Shown here: positions 63,324 to 64,000 of the stretch, in pieces
Layout of the letters: every line of letters begins with the position of its first letter
Numbering within the stretch: the stretch's first letter is position 1
From: Eledone cirrhosa
Taxonomy: Eukaryota
NCBI GenBank assembly: GCA_964016885.1
Contig: OZ024740.1
Span: 243,412,001 to 243,476,000 of the forward strand
DNA length: 64,000 nucleotides
Direction of reading: 5' to 3'
Position numbers and translations under genes: made by a program
Notes under the pieces: model-generated
What the model saw: only the letters and a program-made list of their open reading frames with translations
Told to the model about the DNA's origin: nothing
Databases searched by the model: none

Positions 63324-63325
63324 TT
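62795..63325. repeat. (GAT)n low-complexity tract
   Basis: Directly visible. Confidence 0.95.
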
Positions 63326-63648
63326 GAGGCATGAACTAAGAACAGAGCTCTTTTCATGGTTGTTTGATCTGCTATAAATAGCAGACAATCTTTACTCAAA
63401 TACAGGCTCACTGTTTAAGAAAGGAGCCAAAGAAAGCGATAGAGATGGAACAAAAGAAAGTAAAAAAGTTTCTTAAGTTTGATGTAACTACAATGTTGGG
63501 TAAGATGTGAAACAGGGCAGAAGATAGAGTCTGCAGAAGAATTGGAGATCAATATCTACCATTACATTAGCTGTTACTGTTGCTGATACTGCTGTTATTA
63601 CTCCCCATCATCCCCCCTCTCTCTCTCTCCTTCTTTCTCTCTCTCTTT

Positions 63649-63905
<257 letters not shown>

Positions 63906-64000
63906 TGATTGAACAGATGTGACAACACTGCTGCCTGAGAAGAAGAAGAAGAAGAAGAAGAAGAAGAAGAAGAAGAAGAAGAAGAAGAAGAAGAAGAAGA

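Noticed and set aside
62719-63411. His/Ser/Ile-rich ORFs (also 50175-50739, 56548-56926)
   Set aside because: Translations of (CAT)n/(TA)n microsatellites.

Overview
Eukaryotic, AT-rich, microsatellite-dense DNA with no recognisable host gene. The repeat content (RTE LINEs with (GAT)n tails, CORE-like and Nin/Deu-like tRNA SINEs, long (TA)n runs) suggests an octopod cephalopod; this is an inference. Most of the window is a nested pile of retroelements. (1) At least three subfamilies of an RTE-clade LINE, labelled A/B/C here, including one near full-length copy with a single frameshift (39522-43262) and one intact 690-aa RT ORF (33457-35529). Every copy that spans the region carries a C4HC3 PHD-like finger inside the RT C-terminal part, and the young copies sit in (TA)n runs. 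(2) SINEs whose bodies and tails match these LINEs. (3) Remnants of Penelope-like (RT, GIY-YIG), CRE, CR1, Rex3/Expander-like and Vingi-like elements, plus MITEs. The main signal missed by the ORF track is more than ten type I hammerhead ribozyme motifs. Four lie in a non-coding 466/467-bp tandem-plus-inverted array (27367-29233). One canonical hammerhead lies in a 484-bp non-coding insertion with a target-site duplication and an empty paralogous site in the same window (31174-31657). These are candidate retrozyme / Penelope pseudo-LTR elements that could produce ~450-470 nt self-cleaved or circular RNAs. All calls were made by eye; coordinates are approximate to a few bases.
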